A DNA stretch of 64,000 nucleotides from an uncultured Mageeibacillus sp. (GCA_964528645.1 CAZGSR010000008.1:1024-65023); one strand, 5' to 3'; shown: positions 1-10,335, counted from the stretch's first letter. Program-made: numbers and translations. Notes: generated by a model from the sequence alone, not told the origin.

Positions 1-1039
1 TATCTGACATTTTCAAAGCACGAATTGAACTTGTGCTTTTGGGCAACTTTTCAAAGGTACCTCGTTTAGGCAGATATTGTAAGGATCGCTGAATGTGAAT
101 CACTTTGCTATCAAAATCAATATCTTCCCATTTGAGACCACAGAGTTCACCGCGGCGAATACCAAGGAAAATCAGCATCGTAATCATCGTCCGATTCTGA
201 ATCGACTCTTCCTTCAATTTCTCAATCAAATTCTTTGTCTGGATTTCATCGAGATATTTGGACTCTGTTCGAATCACTTTTGGTGGCTTGACACGCTCAG
301 CTGGATTGGAAAAGATAACCTGCCAAGTGACCGCCGTAGATAATATCGAGCTGATCAGCCGGTGATGGTGCAATATTGTCCTCGCACCCAGTCTGGAAGT
401 CTTATTAACTCCTGTGAAGATGCTTGACTGTTTGATTTTGAGGCCTTCAGCTATTGCTTTTGCGCTTTTAGCATTGACGACTTTCCCCTGACAGGCGGAG
501 TAAAGGGTGGTCTCGGATACACCAATCTGTGCGGCCAATTCTGGTACTTTGAGTGGATTTTTTGCGACCAGAGAAGTCAGTTTAGTGGCTGGCTGATCAC
601 TTTCTTTTTCGGTATTAACCTTTATTGCTTTGTAACGCAGATCGCCCCTGATATCTTTTTCTCCCAGATTGTCATAAAAAGAGATTAAATGAATCGGTTG
701 CAAGCGGTCGAGACGGATATGGCCGATGGCACTGTTGATGCGGACCATAAGATGCTTATATCGATGGATCGTTTTCGCAGCCAGTTGCTTTTCAGCATAG
801 TCTTTCATCCACTTCTCAGCAAAGGATGCAAATTTGATATTACTGTCAATTACCCTTCCTGAGGCGACTTTTTCTTCGAAAAGAGCAACCTGACGAGTCA
901 ACTCCTTCTCAATCTGCTTTTCTGTCATACCTGGATCCGGCGTCCAAGTCATGTTTTTCCGGATATGCTTACCACTAAGATTATATCCGGCACTGACACG
1001 AATCGTATAGGTTCGGCCTCGTTTCAGAATTTCAGCCAT
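1..1039 (-). CDS. int: Tyrosine recombinase / phage-ICE integrase (3' end runs off the window)
   Basis: Absent from the ORF track because the stop lies outside the window. Manual translation from ATG 1039 (RBS GAGG): MAEILKRGRTYTIRVSAGYNLSGKHIRKNMTW...FAEKWMKDYAEKQL...LGIRRGELCGLKWEDIDF...LPKSTSSIR, containing the box I R-x-G-E motif and catalytic Lys region. Confidence 0.93.
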   Translation of the reverse strand, partial: MAEILKRGRTYTIRVSAGYNLSGKHIRKNMTWTPDPGMTEKQIEKELTRQVALFEEKVASGRVIDSNIKFASFAEKWMKDYAEKQLAAKTIHRYKHLMVRINSAIGHIRLDRLQPIHLISFYDNLGEKDIRGDLRYKAIKVNTEKESDQPATKLTSLVAKNPLKVPELAAQIGVSETTLYSACQGKVVNAKSAKAIAEGLKIKQSSIFTGVNKTSRLGARTILHHHRLISSILSTAVTWQVIFSNPAERVKPPKVIRTESKYLDEIQTKNLIEKLKEESIQNRTMITMLIFLGIRRGELCGLKWEDIDFDSKVIHIQRSLQYLPKRGTFEKLPKSTSSIRALKMSD

Positions 1040-1048
1040 CTATTGTCC

Positions 1049-1699
1049 TCACTCTTGGATGTGCGCGTCTTCCGCAGCCGATTTCTCGTCAAACAATTGA
1101 TAGACTCTCTCCTGACGGTTCAGAGTAGATGTCATTGTCCATTCGACAATCACACTTTCCAAACCTGAGCAGATATCCCGGCAACCCTTGATTGCATGAG
1201 CGGCCAATTCATTCGGTCGATCATCTGCTGATGCAATTTTCATCCGGTAGAGTTCCTCAATGTAAGTGTTCGCATTTTTTAGAAGCGGAATCATTTCCAG
1301 AAGAATCGCACCGGAAAAGTACATATTGAGAGAGTTGTCAAATTCCTTCCGGACTTCATCCGAAAGTTCAGATAATAGCGTGTCAAGCGCTGCATCGATT
1401 CTGTTGCTTTCTACTTCTCCAACTCCCACCGCTTGCCTCATATGGCCAAGTTTAAAAAAGAAATCCCCCTGGGCTTTATCTAATTTGGTTTTGTATGGTG
1501 AATTCCCCAACAAGTACTCCACATCGATTTTAAAATAGTCAGCCAATTTCTGAATGGTCCTCATGTCCGGGGTGTAACGCCCAGTTTCCCAATGGGATAT
1601 GGCTTGCCGTGTTTTCAAACCAAGAATTTGTCGGATATCCTCCTGCTGTAGCCCGAGTTCTTCACGCAATGATTTTAATATTTCACCGAATTTTGCCAT
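1049..1699 (-). CDS. XRE-family HTH repressor (cI/ImmR-like)
   Basis: N-terminal HTH (FGEILKSLREELGLQQEDI...QAISHWETGRYTPD), directly upstream of int. Likely start ATG 1699 with GAGGT RBS; the ORF track starts at 1729. Confidence 0.88.
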   Translation of the reverse strand: MAKFGEILKSLREELGLQQEDIRQILGLKTRQAISHWETGRYTPDMRTIQKLADYFKIDVEYLLGNSPYKTKLDKAQGDFFFKLGHMRQAVGVGEVESNRIDAALDTLLSELSDEVRKEFDNSLNMYFSGAILLEMIPLLKNANTYIEELYRMKIASADDRPNELAAHAIKGCRDICSGLESVIVEWTMTSTLNRQERVYQLFDEKSAAEDAHIQE

Positions 1700-1752
1700 G
1701 AACCTTACCTCATATCGTGTTTCTTTCATTGTATCGAAGTAATCAACACATG

Positions 1753-1830
1753 TAAATAGCGTTATGCTATTTATAGGCTATTGACGCTCCACGGATTGCA
1801 TGGTAACTTATGAATAGCTCTATGCTATCT
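1753..1830 (+). promoter_or_regulatory. Rightward sigma70 promoter flanked by two AATAGC-N5-GCTATY operators
   Basis: TTGACG (1781-1786)-17-TAACTT (1804-1809) with extended TG. Palindromes TAAATAGC-gttat-GCTATTTA (1753-1773) and GAATAGC-tctat-GCTATCT (1812-1830), plus a half site GCTATT over the -35. Confidence 0.7.
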
Positions 1831-2060
1831 TTGCGCAATTCATAAGAGGCACTGAGATCATCACATAAGCACGAAAAACCAAGCTAAGAAACTAGCAAAA
1901 GTTCCTATATGAGGGCATCGTAAGCTTCGAAGAAACAACGGCCAGCATTAAGGATGCTTCAACCAAGGCTGAAGAAGATAAAAAGAACGGTATTGTCAAA
2001 ACGCCAAAGCAGCAGCGCTCGGATACCGATAAACTTTACAGTTCGGTCACTTATGCGAAT

Positions 2061-5000
2061 TTGCTCCCCGGCTGTGATTTCAAATATGACATCAGCCCGA
2101 CCGGCGTCAAAGAGAATATCATTGTCCCGAATCCGGTCAATGAACTGTCTGTCGCGTTTGAGCTGGACCTGAAGAATCTGACCCCAGTTTTGCAGGATGA
2201 CAACTCCGTCAACCTGGTAGACTCCAAAAACAAAACCGTGATGACCATGCCGCGGCCAAATCTTCTGGATCAGACGGAAGAATTTACCTATGGGGTCAAA
2301 CTGGAGATCAGTCAAACCAAGAAGGATACTTGGCTGTTCCGCTATACGGCTGATCCCGAGTATCTCAAGAATGCCTCCTACCCAATCGCATTGGATCCGT
2401 TCATTCAAACCACAGTCGATGTCAATGAAATCCGCGATGCCAGCGTTTTTGCTGGTACCCCGACAACCAATTATCAGACGGAAACCTACTTGTACGTCGG
2501 TAAAGGCTCAACCCGAGGTGTGGGCAGAACCTTCATCAAATTCCGCACCCTGCCTACCTTGAAAGCGTCGCAGCGCGTTCACTATGCCGAGCTGGAAATC
2601 TACAAACGGATTACTACTGACGCTTTGCGGATGACTGCCCATCGCGTTCTGGGCAGCTGGGATTCTTCCACCATCACCTGGAGCAACATGCCGTCGACCG
2701 ACAGCAATGTTGAAGTCTACAGCAACCAGAGTACGCTGGGGGATTACACCCTGGACATCACCGGTATCGCCCAGGAATGGTTGCATAACGGTGTCAACAA
2801 TGGCCTGATGCTCAAGGCCGAAAATGAAACGACCTATGTCTATTCCTACTGGTCATCGGACTCGACTGCCAACCAGCCGCCGATCGTTCGTTTCCAGTAC
2901 AGCGACTATGCCGGTCTGGAATCCAGCCTGAGCTACCATGATGTCGATTTGGCTAAAGGCGCTGCCCTCCATGTCAGCGATTTCAACGGCAACATGGTCG
3001 TTACTATGCCGGTGGTCGAAACCCAAGGCAATCTGCTGCCGGTCAACCTGGATCTGGTCTATAACAGCACGTTGCGCAATATCAATGTACCGGACCTGAT
3101 GACCGGTGACGGCTGGCGGACAACCTATGACCGCACCATTACTTGGATGGTTATCAATGGGGTTGAATACTACCGCTATCGGGACGGGGACGGTACCGAG
3201 CATTTCTTCTACAGCAACGGCACCAACTGGGTCGATGAGGATGGCCTTGGTCTGACCTTCGACCAAACCACGTTTACCATTACGGATCTGCAGGACAACA
3301 AGATTTCCTTTTACACCGGTGCAACAGCCAATGGCCGTCTGAAAGAGATTGTGGATGCCCAGGGCAACAAGGTCACGGTGACCCAGACCGCCTATGGCAG
3401 CACCTGGTGCGTGACGGCTGTCACCGATGCTGCTGGCCGCCAGACAACCTACAATCGTGCAACGGACGGCACCTTGCAGAGCATCACGGACCCCGCCGGG
3501 CGCGCGACCAGCCTGGGCTATACAGGAAGCAAACTGACGACGATCACCTATCCGGACAACAAGACGCTGGTGGTGGCCTACGATGCCAATGGCAACCTGA
3601 CGACCCTCGATGATGCCGATGGTGTACGCCGGTCGCTGACGTATCAATCAACAACTCCCTATCGCGTGACGCAGGTCAGCGAAGCGGCCACGAATGGCTC
3701 GGCAACCGGCGGCTATCTCAATTTCGCCTACTCGCGGAACATGACTTCGGTTACCGATCATCTGGGCAAGACCACCAGCTATCAGTTCAACAATAAGGGC
3801 GACTGCCTGTGCGTGATCGCACCGGATGGATCAGCCGGATTTGCCAACTATAACGATGGTGGAAGACTGACCCATACCGCATCCCAAGTCTCCAATCCTC
3901 AGAAATTCACCGCCAACCTGCTTATCAACCACAATGCAGAACAGAGCTCGACCTGGACGTTCAGTGCAGCCAACGGCACGTCAGGTTATGCCACGGATAA
4001 GAAGTTCCTAGGCAACCAGTCGATCAAACTCTACAAAACCTCGGCGACTGGGCAGAACTCCGCGACTCAGACCGTGACGCTTGAAAAGGGCAAGACCTAT
4101 ACCCTGTCAGCCTTTGTCTCAACCGACTCGGTCGGCACCGGTGGTCTTGGGGCTGGACTGGCTGCGGCTTATGAAAGCAGCGCGGGTGTATTCACCACGA
4201 TCAACGGCCGTTCTCTTCGTGGTACTCAGGATTTCATACTGGAAAGCCTGACCTTCACAGTCCCAAGCAACGCCTACAGCGGCACTGTCAAACTGCAGGC
4301 GATTCTGAACGGCACCACTGGCACCGCCTGGTTTGACTGCCTGCAGTTGGAAACCGACAAGGTCGCCAACCGCTACAATATTATCTCCAATAGCGATTTC
4401 AATCAGACCAGCAGCAGTCTGCCAGTGGACTGGACCCGCTCAGCAACCTGTGGCAGCTCGGATATCGTCATCAACAGCGCAAGTTCTGGGAAACCATCCA
4501 ATCAGAGTCTGAACCGGATGCAGCTGACTGGCAGCATGGGTGCAGCCAAGACGGTCGAACAGACACTGTCTCTAGCAGGCAATGCGGGCGATGTGTATGT
4601 CTTCGGTGCCTGGGGCAAGGGCCGCAGTGTGCCTTTGACCGGCAGTTCATCGGCCAAATTCGCCATCGAGCTGGGCTTCATCAACGGCGCCTCCGAAGAA
4701 TGGAAAACCCTGTCCTTCAATGAGGATTCCAGCTACTGGCAGTATGTCAGCGGTTCAGCCAAAGCTTCAGCGGCTTACACCAGCATCAAGATCCGTCTCA
4801 ATTACAGCTACAATGCCAACACCGCCGAATTCGACGCAATCCAGCTGTTTAAGGAAGCTTTCGGCAGTGAGTATTCCTATGACAGCAACGGCAATATCTC
4901 CCAGCAAAAATCCAGTGATGGGACTGCCACATCTGCTACATATTCCAGCAATAACCTGACGTCACTGACCCTGCCGAATGGTCAAGGCTATAGCTACACT

Positions 5001-7463
5001 TATGACAGCAAGCACAATCCGCTGACGGCTACTTCTGCCAGTGGGATCGGCTTTGCCATGACCTATGATAGCTATGGCAATGCAACCAGCGTCAAGGAAG
5101 GTAATGACACGACCTATATCCGCAATCAGGCGAGTTATTCCAGCAATGGCAACTACCTGACCGGCATGACCGATCCGTTCGACAACGTTACCAGCTACAG
5201 CTACAACACCACCAAGGGCACACTCTCCAGCACGACCCTGCCGAACAACCAGGTGACCAATTACACCTATGATGCCAACACCGACCTGCTAACGGGAGTC
5301 AGTGCCGTCAACGATGGTGTCACCTACCAGAACACCTATAGCTATCTGAACAACAGTCTGCTTTCCGGGATCACCCACACGGCAGCCGGTGGCAATGTCA
5401 GCTACAGCTTCGAGTACAATCCATTGGGTTGGCGTACCGCCACCAAAGTGGGCAGTCAGAGTCTTCTGAGCACTACCTATGAGCAGTCGGGTGGCCGCTA
5501 CACCGGCAAAGTTCAAAAAGATGTCTATGGCAATGGCCAGGAAGTCTCGTATGACTACGACAGTGATAATCGAATCACTGACGTCCGGCTGAACGGCACT
5601 CTGCGATATGAATACGCCTACGATGCCAACAGCGAACTGAGCTATGTCAAAGATGTCCGTGACGGCAGCATCGTCTGGACGGTCAAGGATCTGGCCGGGC
5701 GTCTGAGTGAAGTGCGGGCCAGTGACGGATCCGTCGCTCGCTACACCTACAACAGCGCCAGCCAGTTCACCAAACTGACCGAGATCCTGTCCGGCAATAC
5801 CCTGACAACCGAATATGGCTACGATAACGACGAACGCCCGACAACTGCAAAATACCAGACGAATTATCTCCAGACCACCAGCTATGACTCGGTGCTCGAT
5901 CGGGTCAGCAGCATCGTTCGCAATGTCAGCAGCACCGATCGCCTGACGACGTCCTTTGCATATGCCCCAGGCGCATCTGGAAACTCGACGACCAGCAAGC
6001 GGATCTCCGCTCTGACCAACACCGGTAAGAGCGCGATCAACTACAGCTATGACAGCCTGGGCAATATCTCCGTGATCACCCAAGGCAGCGATCGGATCGA
6101 GTACTATTACGATGGCCTGAGCCAGCTGGTGCGTGAGAACTACTCGGTTGGCAGCACCAACTACACCCGGACCTTCACCTACGATGCTGGCGGCAACATT
6201 CAGAGTCGGAATAATTACCCCTACACCACCGGCAATGGCACGCTTGGTACGCCGACTTCCACGGATAGCTATGGCTACGATACAACCTGGCGCGACAAGC
6301 TGGTATCTTTTAACGGCCAGTCGATCACTTATGATGCGATCGGCAACCCGACCAGCTATCTGGGTAAGACGCTTACCTGGACAATGGGCCGACAGCTGGA
6401 AAGCCTGTCTGATGCCAGCAACAGCATCCAGTACACCTACAACGAGAGCAGCATCCGAACCAAGAAGACGGTCAATGGTGTGACCACCACCTATCATCAG
6501 GTTGGTGATGTGGTGACGATGGAGCAGACCGGCAGCCAGACGCCGATCTACTATGCCTATGACGGTTCAGGCAACCTGTTCCTGATCAACTATGGCGGTC
6601 AGAACTACTTCTACGTCCGCAACGCCCAGAACGATATCATCGGACTGGTAGATACTGATGGTAACTGGGTAGTAGAATACCAGTATGACGCCTGGGGCAA
6701 GCTCTTGGGCACGTCGGGCACCTTGGCAAACACTCTGGGACAAGCGAATCCCTATCGCTACCGGGGTTATAGGTTTGATGCCGAGACTGGGCTGTATTAC
6801 CTGAGCAGCCGGTATTACGATCCGCAGGTTGGACGGTTTATTAATGCTGATGACATTTCCAGTGTCGAAGTAGAGCAAGGAAATCTTGTTCAATACAATC
6901 TGTTCACGTACTGCCTTAATAATCCAATAAACATGGCAGATGACAGTGGCTATTGTGCGGCAAATATTATTGGTGGAGTTATTGGCGGTGTATCTGGCGC
7001 TGTATTAGGTGTACTTATTGCAAATGCAATGGGATTAAAGGGCTGGAAACGATACGCACTTATTGCTGGGGCAACAGTTGCTGGAGCTGCATTAGGAGCA
7101 TTTTTAGGTCCGTATATTGCTAGATTATCAACAGCAATTGCAACAAACATAGCTGCAACAGTTGCATCATCTAGCAAATTAGCGAATGATCTATATAATC
7201 GGTATGCTTCACATATGTTTTCTCAAGATCATATTAAAAGTGGAATAATGGAATTGGGTAATTCTAAAAGAGACATTTTTAATAAAATTTTCAAAATAGC
7301 ATATTCAAACTTATCAAAAGCACAAAATGGATCCAATCAGATCAATGCAAAGATTAATGGTATTCAAACAACCATACGCTTTTTTGTTAAAGATGGGAAA
7401 ATTATAAACATAGACGGTTTTGTTGGAAAAACATCAAGAATTATTGGGAAATTAATTAAGTAG
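2061..7463 (+). CDS. WapA-like Rhs/YD-repeat polymorphic toxin (DNRLRE-like and carbohydrate-binding-like domains, C-terminal toxin); 5' end truncated
   Basis: YD repeats, YYLSSRYYDPQVGRFINAD and NPINMADDSG core-end motif, glycine-rich hydrophobic pre-toxin helices, AT-rich C-terminus with an H-x-F-x3-H motif. The frame is open and Rhs-like from 1896, with no ATG/RBS or signal peptide. Confidence 0.9.
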   Translation: MLPGCDFKYDISPTGVKENIIVPNPVNELSVAFELDLKNLTPVLQDDNSVNLVDSKNKTVMTMPRPNLLDQTEEFTYGVKLEISQTKKDTWLFRYTADPEYLKNASYPIALDPFIQTTVDVNEIRDASVFAGTPTTNYQTETYLYVGKGSTRGVGRTFIKFRTLPTLKASQRVHYAELEIYKRITTDALRMTAHRVLGSWDSSTITWSNMPSTDSNVEVYSNQSTLGDYTLDITGIAQEWLHNGVNNGLMLKAENETTYVYSYWSSDSTANQPPIVRFQYSDYAGLESSLSYHDVDLAKGAALHVSDFNGNMVVTMPVVETQGNLLPVNLDLVYNSTLRNINVPDLMTGDGWRTTYDRTITWMVINGVEYYRYRDGDGTEHFFYSNGTNWVDEDGLGLTFDQTTFTITDLQDNKISFYTGATANGRLKEIVDAQGNKVTVTQTAYGSTWCVTAVTDAAGRQTTYNRATDGTLQSITDPAGRATSLGYTGSKLTTITYPDNKTLVVAYDANGNLTTLDDADGVRRSLTYQSTTPYRVTQVSEAATNGSATGGYLNFAYSRNMTSVTDHLGKTTSYQFNNKGDCLCVIAPDGSAGFANYNDGGRLTHTASQVSNPQKFTANLLINHNAEQSSTWTFSAANGTSGYATDKKFLGNQSIKLYKTSATGQNSATQTVTLEKGKTYTLSAFVSTDSVGTGGLGAGLAAAYESSAGVFTTINGRSLRGTQDFILESLTFTVPSNAYSGTVKLQAILNGTTGTAWFDCLQLETDKVANRYNIISNSDFNQTSSSLPVDWTRSATCGSSDIVINSASSGKPSNQSLNRMQLTGSMGAAKTVEQTLSLAGNAGDVYVFGAWGKGRSVPLTGSSSAKFAIELGFINGASEEWKTLSFNEDSSYWQYVSGSAKASAAYTSIKIRLNYSYNANTAEFDAIQLFKEAFGSEYSYDSNGNISQQKSSDGTATSATYSSNNLTSLTLPNGQGYSYTYDSKHNPLTATSASGIGFAMTYDSYGNATSVKEGNDTTYIRNQASYSSNGNYLTGMTDPFDNVTSYSYNTTKGTLSSTTLPNNQVTNYTYDANTDLLTGVSAVNDGVTYQNTYSYLNNSLLSGITHTAAGGNVSYSFEYNPLGWRTATKVGSQSLLSTTYEQSGGRYTGKVQKDVYGNGQEVSYDYDSDNRITDVRLNGTLRYEYAYDANSELSYVKDVRDGSIVWTVKDLAGRLSEVRASDGSVARYTYNSASQFTKLTEILSGNTLTTEYGYDNDERPTTAKYQTNYLQTTSYDSVLDRVSSIVRNVSSTDRLTTSFAYAPGASGNSTTSKRISALTNTGKSAINYSYDSLGNISVITQGSDRIEYYYDGLSQLVRENYSVGSTNYTRTFTYDAGGNIQSRNNYPYTTGNGTLGTPTSTDSYGYDTTWRDKLVSFNGQSITYDAIGNPTSYLGKTLTWTMGRQLESLSDASNSIQYTYNESSIRTKKTVNGVTTTYHQVGDVVTMEQTGSQTPIYYAYDGSGNLFLINYGGQNYFYVRNAQNDIIGLVDTDGNWVVEYQYDAWGKLLGTSGTLANTLGQANPYRYRGYRFDAETGLYYLSSRYYDPQVGRFINADDISSVEVEQGNLVQYNLFTYCLNNPINMADDSGYCAANIIGGVIGGVSGAVLGVLIANAMGLKGWKRYALIAGATVAGAALGAFLGPYIARLSTAIATNIAATVASSSKLANDLYNRYASHMFSQDHIKSGIMELGNSKRDIFNKIFKIAYSNLSKAQNGSNQINAKINGIQTTIRFFVKDGKIINIDGFVGKTSRIIGKLIK

Positions 7464-7471
7464 GTGTGCGA

Positions 7472-8083
7472 ATGAATATATTTGCATATGAAAGAGAATT
7501 AGAAGAAAAATTTGATAATTCCGTTGAAGATTTAATTAAATATGCCATTCTTGAAACGCTTATTCCCATAGGAGATTATTATAAGGCAATCCAAGTACTG
7601 AGAATGTCTATTATTAAATTTAAGGATTATCGTTTATACATTATGGGATCATATCTAAGTTCAACATGGGAGGAAAATGAAAATGATTTTATACCTCTGT
7701 TAAATGATTGCGTTTCACAAGTTGATGATAAGCATAAAGCCATCATTCTATATTTATATGCCTATGATATCTATATGAAAAACAACAAGACAGAAAACGA
7801 CAAGTTAAGAAATTGTTTAATTGAATCAATTGCAGCATTTGATAGCTCTGTTTATCCCTATTATCTTCTTGCCAAGGATTCAAACACAAATAAACAAGAC
7901 GCAAAGAGGCTAATGGAAAAATGCTTATCCAATGTAAGCAAAGTATTTAGTGAAAATGAAGATTCGGACTTAACAGATTTATTATCATTCGAGGCTTACA
8001 TTAATGAGCATGTGCTCGGAACAAATTTATCAAATCCGAATTATCTAGAATTAAAAGATTACTATTTAAGTTTGTGTGAGTAG
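7472..8083 (+). CDS. Putative Rhs immunity protein (all-alpha, AT-rich)
   Basis: Immediately follows the toxin stop (RBS AGGTG overlaps the TAG), has the same low GC as the toxin tip, and is a cytoplasmic ~200-aa protein. Confidence 0.75.
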   Translation: MNIFAYERELEEKFDNSVEDLIKYAILETLIPIGDYYKAIQVLRMSIIKFKDYRLYIMGSYLSSTWEENENDFIPLLNDCVSQVDDKHKAIILYLYAYDIYMKNNKTENDKLRNCLIESIAAFDSSVYPYYLLAKDSNTNKQDAKRLMEKCLSNVSKVFSENEDSDLTDLLSFEAYINEHVLGTNLSNPNYLELKDYYLSLCE

Positions 8084-8111
8084 ACGTGTTTTAGGAAGTC
8101 AATAGTCGTTA

Positions 8112-9557
8112 ATGTCAAGAAGGTTTCTAATTTTTTTGGCATTAACGATACTTCTCTGCACTAGTGGCTGGCGCACTGCCACGAAAGTGGGCAGCCAGAG
8201 TCTGTTGAGTACTACCTATGAGCAGTCCGGCGGCCGCTACACCGGCAAAGTTCTGAAGGACGTCTATGGCAATGGCCAGGAAGTCTCCTACGACTACGAC
8301 AATGACAACAGGATCACCGGTATCCGTCTGAACGGCACCTTACGCTATGAATACGCCTACGATGCTAACAGTGAACTGAGCTATGTCAAGGATGTCCGTG
8401 ACGGCAATATCGTCTGGACAGTGAAAGACCTGGCCGGACGTTTGAGCGAAGTGCGTTCCAGTGATGGATCCGTCGCTCGCTACACCTACAACAGCGCCAG
8501 CCAGTTCACAAAATTGACCGAGATCCTGTCCGGCAATACCCTGACCACCGAGTATGGCTACGATAACGACGAACGCCCGACGACAGCAAAGTATCAGACG
8601 AATTATCTCCAGACCACCAACTATGACTCGGTGATCGACCGGGTTAGCAGCGTCGTACGCAATGTCAGTGGCACCGACCGCCTGACCACGTCCTTTACCT
8701 ACGCTTCGGGCGCGTCTGGAAACTCGACGACCAGCAAGCGGATCTCCGCCCTGACCAATACCGGCAAGAGCGCGATCAATTACAGCTATGACAGCCTGGG
8801 CAATATTTCCGTGATCACCCAGGGCAGCGACCGGATCGAATACTATTACGATGGCTTGAGCCAGCTGGTTCGTGAGAACTACTCGGTTGGCAGCACCAGC
8901 TACACCCGGACCTTCACCTACGATGCCGGCGGCAACATCCAGAGCCGGAACAACTACCCCTACACCACCGGCAACGGCACGCTCGGCACACCAACTTCCA
9001 CAGATAGCTACGGTTATGACACAACCTGGCGCGACAAGCTGGTTTCCTTCAATGGCCAGTCGATTACCTATGATGCGATCGGCAATCCGACCAGCTATCT
9101 GGGCAAGACCCTGACCTGGACGATGGGTCGTCAGCTGGAAAGTCTGTCGGATGCCAGCAACAGCATCCAGTACACCTACAACGAAAACGGCATCCGGACC
9201 AAGAAGACGGTCAACGGCACAACCACCACCTATCACCTGGTAGGTGATGTGGTAACGATGGAGCAAACCGGCAGCCAGACCCCGATCTACTATGCCTATG
9301 ACGCTTCAGGTAACCTGTTCCTGATCAACTATGGCGGTCAGAACTACTTCTATGTCCGCAATGCTCAGAATGACATCATCGGATTGGTGGATGCCAGTGG
9401 CAACTGGGTAGTAGAATACCAGTATGACGCATGGGGCAAGCTCCTGGGTATGTCGGGCACCTTGGCAAACACTCTGGGACAGGCGAATCCTTATCGCTAC
9501 CGGGGTTATAGGTATGATGCTGAGACTGGGCTGTATTACCTGAACAGTCGGTATTAA
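8112..9557 (+). pseudogene. Toxin-less Rhs core fragment fused to a signal-peptide-like N-terminus
   Basis: From GWRTATKVG to YYLNSRY it is nearly identical to the main Rhs protein. It stops (TAA) before the DPxG-type motif, so there is no toxin domain. Confidence 0.85.
8166..9556 (+). repeat. 1391-bp diverged direct copy of 5427-6817
   Basis: Offset of 2739 at both ends (no net indel); differences in the stretches inspected are mostly synonymous third-position changes. Confidence 0.92.
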
Positions 9558-10257
9558 GCTCAGCATCGGCTGATGAATCTCCCATGATCACGAAGTGGGT
9601 CTGGCCAAACTCGACCCGGATTGCCAGCGAATCGTCATTTTCATCTGGATTGCCATAAGATTCTGGCGCGATGAATGTCACAGTTGCATCACCGATGGGA
9701 AAAGACTGTCCGGCCTCTGGAACAGATTCCGGGATCGAATGATCCAGGATGAACGTCTTGAACGACTGGTAGACACGTGTATCAGTCGTGTAGTCGGCAT
9801 CAAAGACCTGACGGACAGGAAAAGCATGGAGGATACCGACCAGGCCGTTCAGATGATCGGCATCGTAATGGGAGGAAATCATCACATCGACCTGATCGAT
9901 GGCCAGCTTTTTCAGGTAAGCAACCACGTATGACGAAGCCTCCCGGCCGCCGCCGTCAAAAACCATCACCTGGTTGTTGATCTGGAACAGCACAGCAGAT
10001 CCTTGGCCCACGTCGAGAAAATGGACCGTCATTTCGCCTGAAACAGGCTGGGTGCGTTCTTCTGAATGTGCTAGGGATGCTTCTAACGTACCTCTCGGGG
10101 TTTCTTCGGTTAAATCATTTGATAATGAATCTGATGGATGTAACTCGACTCGCTCATACCCTGTTAGCAGGCCGGTTAGCAGACGGCTGGGGAAAACCGG
10201 TCCTGCCAGAGAAATCAAAAGGATCAGGATGATCAGGACAGGTCTTATGCGTTTCAA
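9558..10257 (-). pseudogene. ComEC/Rec2-like metallo-beta-lactamase-fold nuclease, 3'-truncated
   Basis: N-terminal TM, HFLDVGQG, SHYDADHLNG and MGD motifs. After GDSSADAE the frame reads into antisense Rhs DNA and lacks the usual C-terminal HHG motif. Confidence 0.8.
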
Positions 10258-10335
10258 TCAGTAACCTCGATCAATGGATGACATCATGATAACATGAGCC
10301 ACTCGTCAATTGATCAAAGCGCCTTTTCGTGATAA

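Noticed and set aside
5427-9556. Rhs duplicate as a DGR template/variable-repeat pair
   Set aside because: The differences inspected are synonymous changes of all base types, not adenine-specific, and no reverse transcriptase is in the window.
9376-9557. C-terminal 60 aa of the ComEC-like ORF as a real domain
   Set aside because: It is read-through into the antisense strand of the Rhs fragment.
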